DNA of 62,899 nucleotides, filler included, from Choristocarpus tenellus KU-1152 (taxonomy: Eukaryota; Protista; Phaeophyceae): the NCBI GenBank assembly GCA_964200185.2. It is 9 parts of 9 records of this genome, joined end to end, with 100 filler letters (N's around TTAATTAATTAA, not from the genome) between each part and the next. Parts side by side here need not be neighbours in the genome. Positions count along the whole stretch, not along the records: positions 22,688 to 32,426 come from CAXNAD020003442.1; positions 32,527 to 36,804 come from CAXNAD020015324.1; positions 36,905 to 40,949 come from CAXNAD020016503.1; 6 more parts are not named here. One strand, 5' to 3'. Made by a program: the position numbers and the translations under genes. Below the pieces are notes generated by a model that was not told the DNA's origin, ran no database searches, and saw only the letters and a program-made list of their open reading frames with translations. Below are positions 25,481-37,432 of the stretch, piece after piece; positions within the stretch are counted from its first letter, which is position 1; the number at the start of each line of letters is the position of its first letter.

Positions 25481-27899
25481 ATCCAGGGTGGAGACACTAC
25501 CGACCCACACTTCTATGGGTTGGGAAGCCAGGGAGACGACAACGCATGTGTTAGAACTCATCTAGAACATGCAATTTTGTTGTGGTTGTCCTCCTCTGTC
25601 TTGTGGTCAATTTCTACGCTTTCCCACGACATAGAAAGACCAGAGTGTATACTTATGGTTTTTGAATAGGAAAGCTCCTAAGAAGGAAGGTGAATTAAGA
25701 CAGAGAGGGTCGTCCAACACTGCAAACTGTCAACTCGCACAAACAAGAACAATACCTGGACCTACAAACTGGGATGAGGATAGTACATCAGATCCTGGAC
25801 ATGATACTTGCAACCTGCGATCACCGCACACTCCACTCTCTCAAATACAATGAGCACGCCGATGAGTCAATGCTCCCTGTGAGTTATCACAACTTCCAGA
25901 CATGCATAGAACGGCAGAAAAAACCCACCTGTTTTGGCAGGCAATGTTGCTGACTTCGCAGAATACTGCAGCGTGCAAAATGGGGACTGGGGTTTGGAAG
26001 CGGGCGATGTGGCTGGATATTTGGAAGGTGAGACATCTGTTGGCACAACCCGACGAACACCCTTGCGTATCATGCCGGCTTTGACGTTTTACAACCCGGT
26101 GAAGCAAGCGTACTTTCTTAGTGATGATGTGATGATAGCCTCCACGTTTTTCGTAACACACTTTATGTGCTCATCATGCGTCATTTTCGTGGTTCGTATC
26201 AGCTATATTTTTCTTTGAGATCTAACGATCTTCAGAATCATTAATGAATGAAAATGTTTCTTTTCTCTTGTCGAGAGTTTATTATGAGAGAAAAAGAATG
26301 TTGGAGGTTCCTACTTTTTAAAGAGTGGCACTAAGACAAGGGAAGAGGAGGGAAAAAAAATGGATTGTTAAGAAAGATACAAATTATACTGTCACATCTT
26401 GATGTATATTGTTATACCGACCGTACATTTTCAACTATGAATTGAAAGAAAGTAAACTATTGAATTGACTTTTCCATGACACATCTGCAAAATGTCGGAG
26501 GTAATAAAAATACAATAAATGAAAGAAGCAAGATACCCAGAACTTAGAAGTACAACGAGAGAACAAAATTTAAAGTATGGGACTTAGTTGTTGATGTGAG
26601 TATTTCTCTCCGACTCCATCTATTCAATATTTTGTATTCGAATATGGAGAGGGTATGTAACTGGAACATAGGTTCCTTCTAAACCCTTAAGTCGTTCAAG
26701 CGGTGCAATACCCACCCCTTCACAACCACCTATGGTATGAGGAGGATGAATTGCTACTCAACCGTACAACTATGCCTATGTTCAGTTTATTAGAACAGGA
26801 ATCCACAAGCCACAAGCTCTTTTTCATGTTGTTGATTTGAGGTACCCCGCACTACTAGCCGTTGATCGTTTCTTTTCCCTTCCCATTTTCTTTAGTCATA
26901 ATAGTGTCACTACTCCTTTGATTGATGTAGGCTTTGCCAAGGAGGGAAGGAAACACTCAGTACCAGTGAACGATTAAATAAAATGCAACAATGCGTCACA
27001 CGTGACTTCTTCCTGCACCGACAACCCCAAGGGAGTGCACACCACTTGTGGACGGGGAATCAACGAGCAGTGCGAGATGTCTGAACTCACAATAAGAGAA
27101 CAAGGCTCGCAAGTAGGCCGTCCAGTGCGAGCGGGTTAATTAGGCAGAGAACGCTCAATAGAAGAAGAGGGAGCCTCCCAAACATCAAACACAGTGCATG
27201 GTGTAAGCGGGGACGAGCATACAGGGATGGTCTCTCTTGATTCCGCATCAGGTGAACAAGTCATTAGTGTCTCGCATTGGACTTTCAGACTGACATTTGT
27301 CTCTCTTCGCAATCAAGTTGCACCCCATATACGACTGCAGTAGTCTACTTCATGCATCAGCGCCATCGATCTACTAAGCATACACTTGGACGAGTGCAAA
27401 CTTTCAGATTCGATAACATCATCCATTCATAATTTCAATCTTATAAATGATTGTAAATGATGAACATTGTATCCTGCGATCTCTTCATTCTCTGCAATGG
27501 TGCGTTCTAAACACCGGTCTATATGGATAGTCGCTGGATCACATCTCTAATCCTAGAGTTTTCCCCATAATTGAACTCGCCAAAGAAAACGGTCAACATC
27601 ATCAACTTGTACCTGCCACACCAATATATGTTGAAAATACTTTTTTTTCATCGTCTTGTTCTCACATTGTCGATCTCATGTGTGCAATCTACCTCACTCT
27701 CTCGCTCCAAATTTGTTGCTTCCATATCAACGGAGAGTCAACCCACCCATTTGTTATGTGGTCTGACAGCAGTATTCGATCAGAGGAATAAAAGCAACCA
27801 TGTGTAGATAGAGGAGATTTTGGGTTGTTTTTCTTCTATTTCCACCCTAATAGAATGCAGCCTCTCCTACTTGGTTGCGTTTGCCCTACCCGGTTCTAG

Positions 27900-28480
27900 T
27901 TTTGTTTCGAATTTGGGACATAAGGATTCGCTGCCACTTCGGGCCTATTCCATTGGATGTGATGAAATTGAGCTTGTTTCAGGAGAAAATGCAATTCCGA
28001 GGTTGGGAGTCGTTTTGCGATGACACCCCCGTTGTATACTTCGTACTTTTTGGAGGGGATATAATTGAAAGGGAACAATTTTGCATCGTAGTGGTGATGA
28101 AGAATTTGTTTACACAAGAAGAACATGAGAAGGAGTGTATCAGTGACCAAGTAATGAAAGTTCAGACCCCCAAAGGCTGTTCGAGTGCGACCACGTTCAT
28201 TGTTGGATATGCTCCAACCGAGCACAAGTGCAAACGCGGGAAGGTAGATTACAACAATTGGGAGAAGAAAAAGGTCTGCCTGCTGGTCCTTCAAAAAGTG
28301 ATGGAACAAGTGCCTTCAATGGATAAAGAGCTTTCCTTAATGGACATGAATGCCCGCACTGAAAGGTAGAATGAGAGGAAAGCATGCATGACAACCTACG
28401 GATGTGATGGATGCGCAGACTTGCACTCAACACATTTTTTGCCTACCCAAAGACCAAACTCTCACACATACTAATGAGGA
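27900..28480 (+). mobile_element. RTE-type LINE AP-endonuclease remnant
   Basis: IGCDEIEL, VMKVQ, TFIVGYAPTE, EQVPSMDKELSLMDMNARTE and FCLPK follow the APE motif order (F.V.YAPT; MDANARTG), with stops and frameshifts. Confidence 0.75.
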
Positions 28481-29888
28481 AAAACGTTTCTTGAAATGCA
28501 TTCTCATACATCAACGCGCGATAGACGACTCTTTATCATCAATAGGATTGAAATAATCTTAGTATGTGTCGTCTCACATTTTGCAGATGTGTTGGAAGAA
28601 AAACCAACGAAAGGTCCATTAAATTTCACCACAACCTTGGAAAAAGTAACAGTTGTTGTAAATGTGGAAGACTCTTTTCTATTTACTAATCTTATCATGG
28701 AGATGGGATCGAACCTCCAGCAAATTCCACACCTTCACCGAATTTGCAACCAATGAGAAGGAATCGAAATTATCCATGACTCTACATTTGATCGACTCTA
28801 GGAGTTTCAATGCAATAGATTATGTACAGTCGAAAAATATTGTTCTCGATTTAAATATTGGAAAAATTCTACTCAGCATTCATGAAGTGTCAATAATCAT
28901 AAACAAATGAATAATATTGACCAATATAAGGTACCTGTCCATTACCTAGACAAGAACAGTGGTAGTAGTAATGAGGAACATGATAGATACATGATTGGTG
29001 TAGTGATGTCAAATCGAGTCTAACAAGTGGTTGGGTGTGTTTGGTATTAGAGACAGCAACTAATAGTCATCTCCTAGCAGTCCTAACCTCGAAAAAAAAA
29101 CATTATCGTGTTTCACAGCAACCTTTCTACAAAGAAATATACTACTATAGCTGAGTTTTGTGTGTCTAGGCTCATAGGCAGATCGATTTCTGGATGAACT
29201 CTAGCAATTTATGTGGTGAGTGGTTGGGGGGCTAGGAGTTTCAACAGGGGTAGTGAGAGCACACCCGCAACAGGTTTTGAGGCACACCACAGACATCGAG
29301 CTGGAGACACTGGGTCAGTGAGTAAGGTGGACCCAGACCGACTTGTGATATTCTTCCCTTCATCCTATACCATCTAGTTATTTCATAGAGTTAGTCTGGG
29401 AGAAGTTTGAGGTGCTACATGTATCATCTTATGTTTCTTTACTGTCTTCAGATATGTTGATATTTGGTACCACAATGTTTTGTCTATATTTCCAGATTCG
29501 CACTTTCCTTTGTTGTGTTCTTCCACTCTCTTTTTTGTTGATAATTCTAGTGTAGAGAGTACAGAAGTATACTACGGAGTATGTACTTTGTATATATATA
29601 TTTAAAAGTTCTTGTATATGTTGACTTTTTTGTCCTGCAGCAGCAACATCTTCGTTTTTTCTCACTAATGTCAGAAATAATTTTGTTTATCCAACTGGCA
29701 TTTCGTAGATATATTGAGATGAGTAGGACGAGAAGTATGATGGAACGCAATGAGTGCAACAAATCATATTACTCATTGTTCAGATTTGCTCTTATATCCA
29801 AAACTTCTCTGTTCGAAAAAATCCCAAACCTTCAAAACTTTCTCTATCCAAAAAATCTAGAACGGCCCAATACTTCATTACCCAGCAT

Positions 29889-30275
29889 ACACAATTCGAC
29901 GTGGATTGGTGATACCCTCTCCCTCAAATCATTAGGTCCTAATGAGTGCTACCCCGCACATTATGACCAATGTGGCAACTTAGCCTAAAATGTTGCTTTG
30001 GTAATGCTCCGATGCCATCATCAATTGCCCAACAAAAACCCCACAACTGATAAATCACCTCCCAAAGTGGGAGCGACCCACTCCACGGTCCACTAGTCAC
30101 GCACATAGTAACCACACAGCTTTTGGATACAAACTTCCCCCATATTAATAGGGACATTCCATACCTATCACTTGCAATCTTATCAATTACCCAGGCACAC
30201 ATAACACACACAATGTGAAATGAGCTTGGAGACACTCCCTCAAATCATTTGGTCTTAAGGAGTGTGCGACCCCAT
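29889..30275. repeat. Two diverged direct copies of an about 65-bp segment, about 320 bp apart
   Basis: acacaat...tgg(t/a)ga...ctccctcaaatcatt(a/t)ggtc(c/t)taa(t/g)gagtg at about 29889-29955 and 30207-30273. Confidence 0.7.
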
Positions 30276-30499
30276 GCAATGTAACACGCACTGTAACTCC
30301 CATATCACCAATTTATTGCCCATCTACATATCTGTACTCCTGCTATTTAGAACATATGTATACCTACAAGAAAATAGCCTTATGCACCTGGTCTCAGAAT
30401 GTTCCCCCCCACCAGGATGTGATTCCCTTGGCCTACCCTGTTCCTTTCTGATTAATGAGCAACTGTGAGGGTGGATGGGTGAGAAAATATTGCTAAGCT

Positions 30500-30755
30500 G
30501 AGTCAAAGCATTTGAAAGGGTAGGGCCGCGTTTGTTTCGGACCATAAACCCTATGTTGCAAATTTGATGGATTTTGGCTATCGTGTTCGTTAACAAGTGT
30601 CAATATCCTTGCTCGGGACACACCTTTCATTGTCGTACACATTTTAGGTAAATGCGTGATCACAGAAAACTAAAAAAGGGCATAAAAAACGTGGGAAGCC
30701 AAACCCCGAATGGACAAAGAGGGCAAAACTCCTACCCTTTTGAATGCTTTGGGTC
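30500..30755. mobile_element. MITE family A, diverged subfamily (TIR GAGTCAAAGCATTTGAAAGGGTAG), 4-bp TSD AGCT
   Basis: The internal sequence is homologous to 1156-1414. AGCT lies at 30496-30499 and 30756-30759. Confidence 0.8.
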
Positions 30756-30919
30756 AGCTTTCTCTTCTAGTCTCTCCCGATTCTTTTCCAACCTCCTAAT
30801 GATTTCTCTCTTACAGTTTTCAGCCTCAGAGGTTTACAACTGACACGATATTTCAGTCCAAGGAGCTGGCATCTATTTTTTGTGTGCCTGTTTGCATGTG
30901 TGTGTGTGCCAAGTAATCT

Positions 30920-32144
30920 TGTAGTGAGCGTATTGTGACGTTGACTGGGCTTAGAGGAGGCTCACTGCCACAATGAAGCACTATGGATAGTTGAGGTGGA
31001 CGAAAGAGGGTGGTCGGATGGCCTGTTCTGTAGTTGTCACCTTCCATTCGTCCTCCTGCTTTTTTTGTGGTCAAGTAGAGTTGCAGAACTATCTTTCCTC
31101 AATCATATTGAGTACAATGAGTGGGGTGGTCTGTGGAATGATTTTTCTGATTGCGATGATGCCATCACCCAAGTATCCTGCTGCGCGACTACCTCCTCAC
31201 CCTCCAACCACGGATTTTCTTCCTTCAATGAGGGAAGAAATGTCTCCACATACCACTCCTGGTACCACTTGGTGTTGTGATGGTCACGACAAAGTTGTAC
31301 TACTGCCCCCTCTCGTGGCGGGCTGAATTTTTTCGCACCTGCTTGATGACACAAACACGCAAGATTCCGATCTTTCGGTCGGAATTGTGCGAAGATCTCG
31401 ACCCGAAAAGGTGCAGATGAACATCACCTTAGAAATGTGACTCTTGTGCTGTACCTTGGTGGAGCCCACCTTTTCCTCCCAGGGGGAGATACGGATGCAC
31501 TCCCTGTCATAAATGAGGTAGAGCAATGCTTCGTAAATATGAATCGTGTTGAGGCCGCTTCTGTAATTGATGCAGTTCCTTGCTGCTTGGTCAAGGATGA
31601 AATCTCCCTTGTTCTTTTCATGCATCAGTGACTGCCTCAGGGTAATGCGCCGTTTCACCTTCGTTGCACCCATCACTTTTAGACATCGCCGAAGCTTTGA
31701 GCTGCGGGCTATGAGAAAGGCTTTGGTTGGCTTGACAGACAGCTGATCGAGGGTCAGGGTTTGATTCGCATCGTTAACCTTTCGAATCCTTACATACTTT
31801 ATCGATGTGAAATCCAATGGCTGGCCCCTTCATGACGCTGATTTCAGTGAAAGCATGTTGCCATTGTTCAATTAGTTGTTCTCGTAGTTGCGCCAACCAC
31901 AGTTGTCTTGGATGTTGTTCGCCAACTCCAAACTATTCTTCCAACTCTGATCCTGAAAATGGGGTCAAAAAAGGACCATTTTTTCGGTTCCACTTATCGG
32001 AACAGATTCAGAAATAATTTGGACTAACAATTCTATGGAGAGGTTCAATTTGAGCATAAATCACTAAAATGTCTTTGTATTCGAGGAGAAACGACCAAAA
32101 CAAGAGTGAAAACTCATGACCTCGCAAACTTATCGGACAGGGAG
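30920..32144 (-). mobile_element. Decayed plant-type mariner (DD39D-like) transposon
   Basis: KVQHKSHISKVMFI, QEWYVETFLPSLKEENPWLEGEEVVAQQD and EPPLSP..RSLQ appear in order across frameshifts. The terminus ...GACAGGGAG|TA lies at 32144-32146. Confidence 0.75.
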
Positions 32145-32363
32145 TAGAATCTTCTTCTTCAATCTATCTCCGTTCCTTGAGGCTATACGGGATGGACAAG
32201 TTTTCTCTAATCGTGGAAGGGTCTGAATAAAAAAGAACCCAGGTTTCAGGGAAGAATAAATAAACCTCATTGTCTGGTTCAGAATGCAAATGCAAGAAGA
32301 GTGGGAAAAAGGAGGTTATACTTAGTCAGAAGTTGATTTAGTGGGGTTAGGAACCAGCCGTTT

Positions 32364-32426
32364 GGGTCAAAGTATCTGGGGGAGGGGTTTGTGAGGTGGC
32401 GTCCGTTTCGGTCAAACAACTCTTTT
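32364..32426 (+). mobile_element. TIR family B terminus running into a linker
   Basis: GGGTCAAAGTATCTGGGGGAGGGG...GGCGTCCGTTTCGGTCAAACAACT, similar to 3808-3880. Confidence 0.85.
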
Positions 32427-32729
32427 NNNNNNNNNNNNNNNNNNNNNNNNNNNNNNNNNNNNNNNNNNNNTTAATTAATTAANNNNNNNNNNNNNNNNNN
32501 NNNNNNNNNNNNNNNNNNNNNNNNNNTGATACATCCAGAAATGTCACCCTCATGTCCACCACAAGGTAGGTTGGAGGGCAGTGGTGTAGGATAACTGGTT
32601 TTTTCTAACATATTCTATATTATTAACATTTGAATGATTTTTTATTGGTTTTTCCTGACACATCCAAAAATGTCAGAGGGCATAAGAATAAAAATAGTAG
32701 AAATAGTGGTGAAATTGTGTAGTGAGTCG

Positions 32730-32791
32730 AACGTGCCGACAGCATCTAACTCCTTCCTTACCTAATCCAAGTCAATCTACTATAATATAGA
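32730..32791 (-). mobile_element. Possible non-autonomous Helitron 5' end; related sequence at about 5615-5680 (+)
   Basis: The minus strand reads A|TCTATATTATAGTAGATTGACTTGGATTAGGTAAGGAAGGAG. It shares gattgactt...gatt..aggtaagg.aggag with 5615-5680. Confidence 0.35.
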
Positions 32792-33239
32792 TGGTAGTAA
32801 GAAGTCGGCTTTTCTTGGTAAAACCGACACATATGTGCCTCTTCTGTGACCTTAGACAGTTCAGTAATCACATTTCTCATCTTATTGTGATTGAAAATAT
32901 GTGTAAAACCCAATACATGAATTTTCTCACTTCAGTTATATATTCCGATCAATCAAACCGAACATGATTGAAGTATCGTCATACACAATATACACGATCA
33001 CCAATACTCGAATACTTCGAGGGATTCGAAACCTTTAAAAAAAGGTAGTCTATCCGCAACACACATCAATATTGTTTGAGAGAAGAGAGAGTAAACAAGG
33101 ACTATAAAAAAAATAAATGGTGGTAGATGAGAAAATATATATATATATATTCACAACACAAAAACAACCACCCATCAAAAATTACACGAAGTGATGACAG
33201 AAGATGAACAAAGGATGAGAGTAAGCCCCAAAAGAAAAA

Positions 33240-33645
33240 CAGTGTTAACCACACAGCGTCGTGATATATTTGGTGGATTAGGCAACCTTAGCTGCTACTT
33301 TGGTGGGGCGTACATCAGCTATTACAGCTTCCTTGGAACGCCATACTGCCATGAAGCTCCTTGTGGTGTTAGCAACACACCCATACCACTCCTGTTGGAC
33401 AGTCACCTCCTTCGTGCTCCAACCCTCACCTCCAATCCCGAACTTGTGAAGGTCGTCATGGAGTCATGTCCACCATTTCTTCTCCTGTCCACCTTGCTTC
33501 CATCTTCCACAAGCACCCTCCCCCAAACATCAGCAATATCCTGGGAAGTCCGTCGTCATCCCTACTGCGAGAAACCGACCCAGCGAATACCAACCTCCCT
33601 GTGCGCACCGTTCCCTCAATATTATCACACCCACCTGTCTCAGGA
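33240..33645 (-). mobile_element. RTE-type LINE ORF C-terminal remnant
   Basis: GCDNIEGTVRTGRLVFAGSVSRSRDDDGLPRILLMFG ... KWWT*LHDDLHKFGIGGEGWSTKEVTVQQEWYGCVANTTRSFMAVWR is a typical RTE post-RT C-terminus. Confidence 0.75.
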
Positions 33646-35041
33646 CTTTAAAAAAAAGGAAGGATATCATCGTCCCGTTCCCGTTTCCATAAACTATTCA
33701 CCACAAGAGGAATTATACAATAATAGTGTAGTAAGGAACAACGACAAAGAAATTGTGTGGATGAGATATATAAATAAATATAATCTTTCCCACAGACACA
33801 TTGCAGAGATTGCCACATAGCAAACACAAGAAATACAAAGTATTGGTTAGTTTGGTTGTCCAAAATTATTCACAGTACAGAGAAAAATCTACCGAAATTA
33901 GATTATGTGGGAAGTGGTCAACTATATGAGAAAAGACTCGACTAATAATCTTCCAAGTGTTGGGCGGAAACTGTGGGGGGTGCAGCACGACCTCAGATTC
34001 GCACGTTTCAACTTTCAATGTCGTTGGCAAGATACGAACGATGCGGCGTAGTGGCATCGAAATTGGGGTTCAAGGAATCTTGAGACTGACTGGATCATGG
34101 GGAAGGAAGTCCAACCCTGTTCCTAAAAATCTCCCCCAAGAGAGAGGTGCATCGGAAAAATCAGGATCCTGGCGTTCCACAGGTGTGCTCTTGGTCGTCA
34201 GTCAGGGGTGTCCTAGGGGTTGCACGGTGACACCTAGAAGTCGACAGATGGGTTTGGGGATTTTTGGCCGATAGAGGGAGGGTTGGGAATAATAATCTCG
34301 ATCTGACCTCGTCCTATGAAGGAACGGATTCTTCCACGTATAGGTCAGCACACCACTTTCTCAGAGTCGCACTGTTCGAGGTCTTTGATGATGTGATACA
34401 ATTGATCCCGCATAGGGAGTATGGCAATTGGGGGGGGTTCTTGTGACTTTTGCTACAGGATGGAGCATGGGGGAGCAACGAAAGCTGGGAAAAAGCACGA
34501 GCAAGGGTTAGAATGCGGGAGAGGGGAAGTACCCTTGAGTATAGTCGCCAAATGTGCCCGGACGCGGAGTTTGAAGCTGAAGATGACCGAGAGCAGGATG
34601 AAAAGAGTGAGTTGAGGGAGGAGAACCCCAATGATCCCCCTTGGACGGAGAGTGACACATTCGAATTAGTGTTTTGATATTGAGGAGAATGAGAAGAATC
34701 CTCGCATAAGAGCCCTTCCCATTTTGTTACCTCTTCGTCGCTATTGCTTATATATACAATCGACATGTTAGAAATGTCGCTGTAAAGGAGTGACAGAATA
34801 GACTGAGACCAAAACCAAAATGAAAGCTACTGCTGTAACTTTTTATTTGATAACATTGAGTTTGTCACTTTCACAAAACCTATTTCTAAAACAGGATACA
34901 AAAAGAATCAATCCATCAAAATTTTTGCTTTCGTTTTACTCATGTCTTTGTTGTAGAGTGCATAGGTTCTTTTTCCCTTCTTTCCTTTCTTCCAAATTAT
35001 TTTCTACATTGTTTGCCTGCTTTTTCCTATTTTATTTTTCT

Positions 35042-36365
35042 CTAAAGTGGTATATGTAGCTTCGCGGTCTGTGGCAATCTTGAATGTTTTCACCTTTTTT
35101 TCACAACAACAGTCATACAAGATTGCATGTATCAAATGAACAGGTATGACAAGAGCTTTTGAAGGTTTGTATGCACGAATGTCCAGGCTTCGGGGAACAG
35201 GAACTGTTTCCCGATCAAGTAATGGAAGAAGCGCCAGGGAATATCTCCGGTGCAATTTTGAAGGTGAAAACTTCAATACGGACAAAAATGAAGTGGTTGA
35301 CCGAACTCCTTGCAAAAAACTGATTTGGGTCAGGTCGCTGCCCAAGTTTGACTGGTGTGCAAATACCGCTAAAAAATTCAAGATTTGCGGACATCTTTTT
35401 TACGCCTTTTGTGGACTTTCTGTGAGCACACACACGCGTGACTTACACAACAACATGAACCACAACGGTGAGACCAAGAGAGCCGCCAAGGCCACTCTTC
35501 CCCCTGGATCTACCCTCGGCACCTTCTCTGCCAAGAGGTGACCAAAAAAAAAGTACCGTGTGATATCCGGTGCGATGTTAGGTGACGAGAAAGTGCGTGT
35601 GGTGTGGTGCAGCAGTATGATCAAATCGCGCAATGGATCACGTGGCCGCGACACTGATGCCGAGAGAAGATGCACGGAAAGCATTATTACCACACAAGAG
35701 TGGTTGGATCTTCAATCACATTGGAGCACTGCTCTGCAGTCTCTGCCACCTCGGGAAAGAAGGAAGAGAGCAGTGAGTCCATCACTAGGTGTGGTACAGT
35801 GACGAAGTCTGTGGGGAAGCCTGGTCATGGCGGACGAAGGGAGAACCAGAGTGACCGATCGAAGGAAAAGTTGGGGAGGAGAGCTGTGTGATTGCGTGCC
35901 ATTGTGCTCAGGAAACCCCTAAGTAAAAAACCCGGGTGTAGAATATCTTAGTAGTTGACAGTTGCTGCAGGCTGCATCTGTTTGGAAGCTATGTGAGCTG
36001 GAGTGGCTTAGGAAACTAGAAAGAAGGTGTTAGGGTTGGGCTACAAGAGCTCTGACGCCTGAAAGAAGGTAACCCATTTCTGACGCTCAACGAGGAAATG
36101 TGATAGTAAAGGCTCTAACACTGCGAATCCTGTACCTGTGTATGAACGACGGGAAAGACCGTCAAGCGGCGCTCGAGATGGCAGCAGGATATGCGATGGT
36201 CAGGTCGGAAACTGTGAGTAAATGGGAGAGAGACTTCCTAACTAAGGGTCACATCAAGGTCTCGGAGTAAGGGTGAGACGAGGGGCGTTTCGTTCTGGGC
36301 CTTGACGAGGACATCCTTGCCGAGATCAAAGAGTGGGTTCGCGAACACACAGGAAGAAAGGGTGG
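35042..36365 (+). mobile_element. Large decayed DNA-transposon-like element (paralog of 41116-42799), ending in an HTH-like transposase N-terminal fragment
   Basis: About 35042-36065 is collinear with the reverse complement of 41515-42799. 36109-36361 encodes KALTLRILYLCMNDGKDRQAALEMAAGYAMVRSETVSKWERDFLTKGHIKVSE*G*DEGRFVLGLDEDILAEIKEWVREHTGRKG. Confidence 0.6.
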
Positions 36366-36904
36366 GGAGGCTTTTCCCCCACCTAAACCCTATACTTTAA
36401 TCAAGTAATAGTGTATGTGTTGCCACTCTTGGTGACCTACAATCTGTGGTTCGAACCCCAATATGACCAGTCTTTCTTCAAAAAATAAAAATGGTGAAAA
36501 ACAAAAAACGAAGCACGTACTCTGGAGGGCATTGTGACGGGCATCACGAATATGCTTTTATTTTCTAAATCCGATGTCTACATCAAAAGTTATGACGGGA
36601 CAACCCCAGACGCATAAGCTATTGCGAACTTCCTTTCTCTCTTCAGAATCAGTTTGAAGTAATATTGACAGAGTTAAATCCCGGCTACGCCAAATTGTCT
36701 CGGTAACTACGTAAGTGGCACTCTCTAGACGTGTCATGCGTTTTAACCTAGAATCACCAGGGAGATGGGCATGGAGGGGTTTATTGGACTCTTGGGATGC
36801 CTCTNNNNNNNNNNNNNNNNNNNNNNNNNNNNNNNNNNNNNNNNNNNNTTAATTAATTAANNNNNNNNNNNNNNNNNNNNNNNNNNNNNNNNNNNNNNNN
36901 NNNN

Positions 36905-37040
36905 GTGTCCATTTGAGCCATAATCAGGAAAAGTTATCCATCCGACGTATGCAACCAAATCACCAAAAAATCGTGGCATGAAAAAATTGGCCCCAAATGG
37001 ACAGCCGCCACCCTTCCCCCCCCCCCAGATACTTTGAGCC
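36905..37040 (-). mobile_element. TIR family B terminus with subterminal sequence shared with 41116-41200
   Basis: ttatccat..gacgtatgcaaccaaatcacc.aaaatcg.g.catg.aaaaattg.ccccaaatggacagcc.ccacc...cccagatactttgagcc. Confidence 0.8.
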
Positions 37041-37432
37041 ACCTATAGTTGAAAATGTGTAACATCATTTTGCTGACTCCTTGCCACATAAAATCGAGGC
37101 ATTGCCTTGTCAATTTTTGAGATACCACTCTTCCACCAACACAGACAGTCGTGAACAGTCATGCAATTGACTGTCCCAGTGGAACAGTGGCATTTCAAGA
37201 TTTACAAAATCAGAGATAATTGGATCAAATTCAATCTGTGCGAGGATATAGACTGGGTAGGAGGTGGAGTCAAGGAAACGGGTTCAAGGGGAAAATGAAG
37301 ATTGAGATGAGTACTTACGGAGAGTGTGCAACTAGTGGTTGATGACCCGAGGATTATGCTGGGTAGCTCCCCAGCCTCTGATTTTGTCAGATGATGAAAG
37401 ATCTCTAATCCACTGGGACAGTGAGACAACTA

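Noticed and set aside
30996-31280. LTR retrotransposon integrase
   Set aside because: The minus-strand peptides fit the continuation of the decayed mariner instead. No LTR pair, PBS or gag-pol motifs were found anywhere in the window.
33191-33820. 209-aa plus-strand ORF as a gene
   Set aside because: It is the antisense shadow of an RTE LINE remnant and has no recognisable domain.
36400-36465. tRNA or tRNA-SINE from a GGTTCGAACCC B-box (a similar motif lies near 33020)
   Set aside because: No cloverleaf or convincing A-box could be formed.
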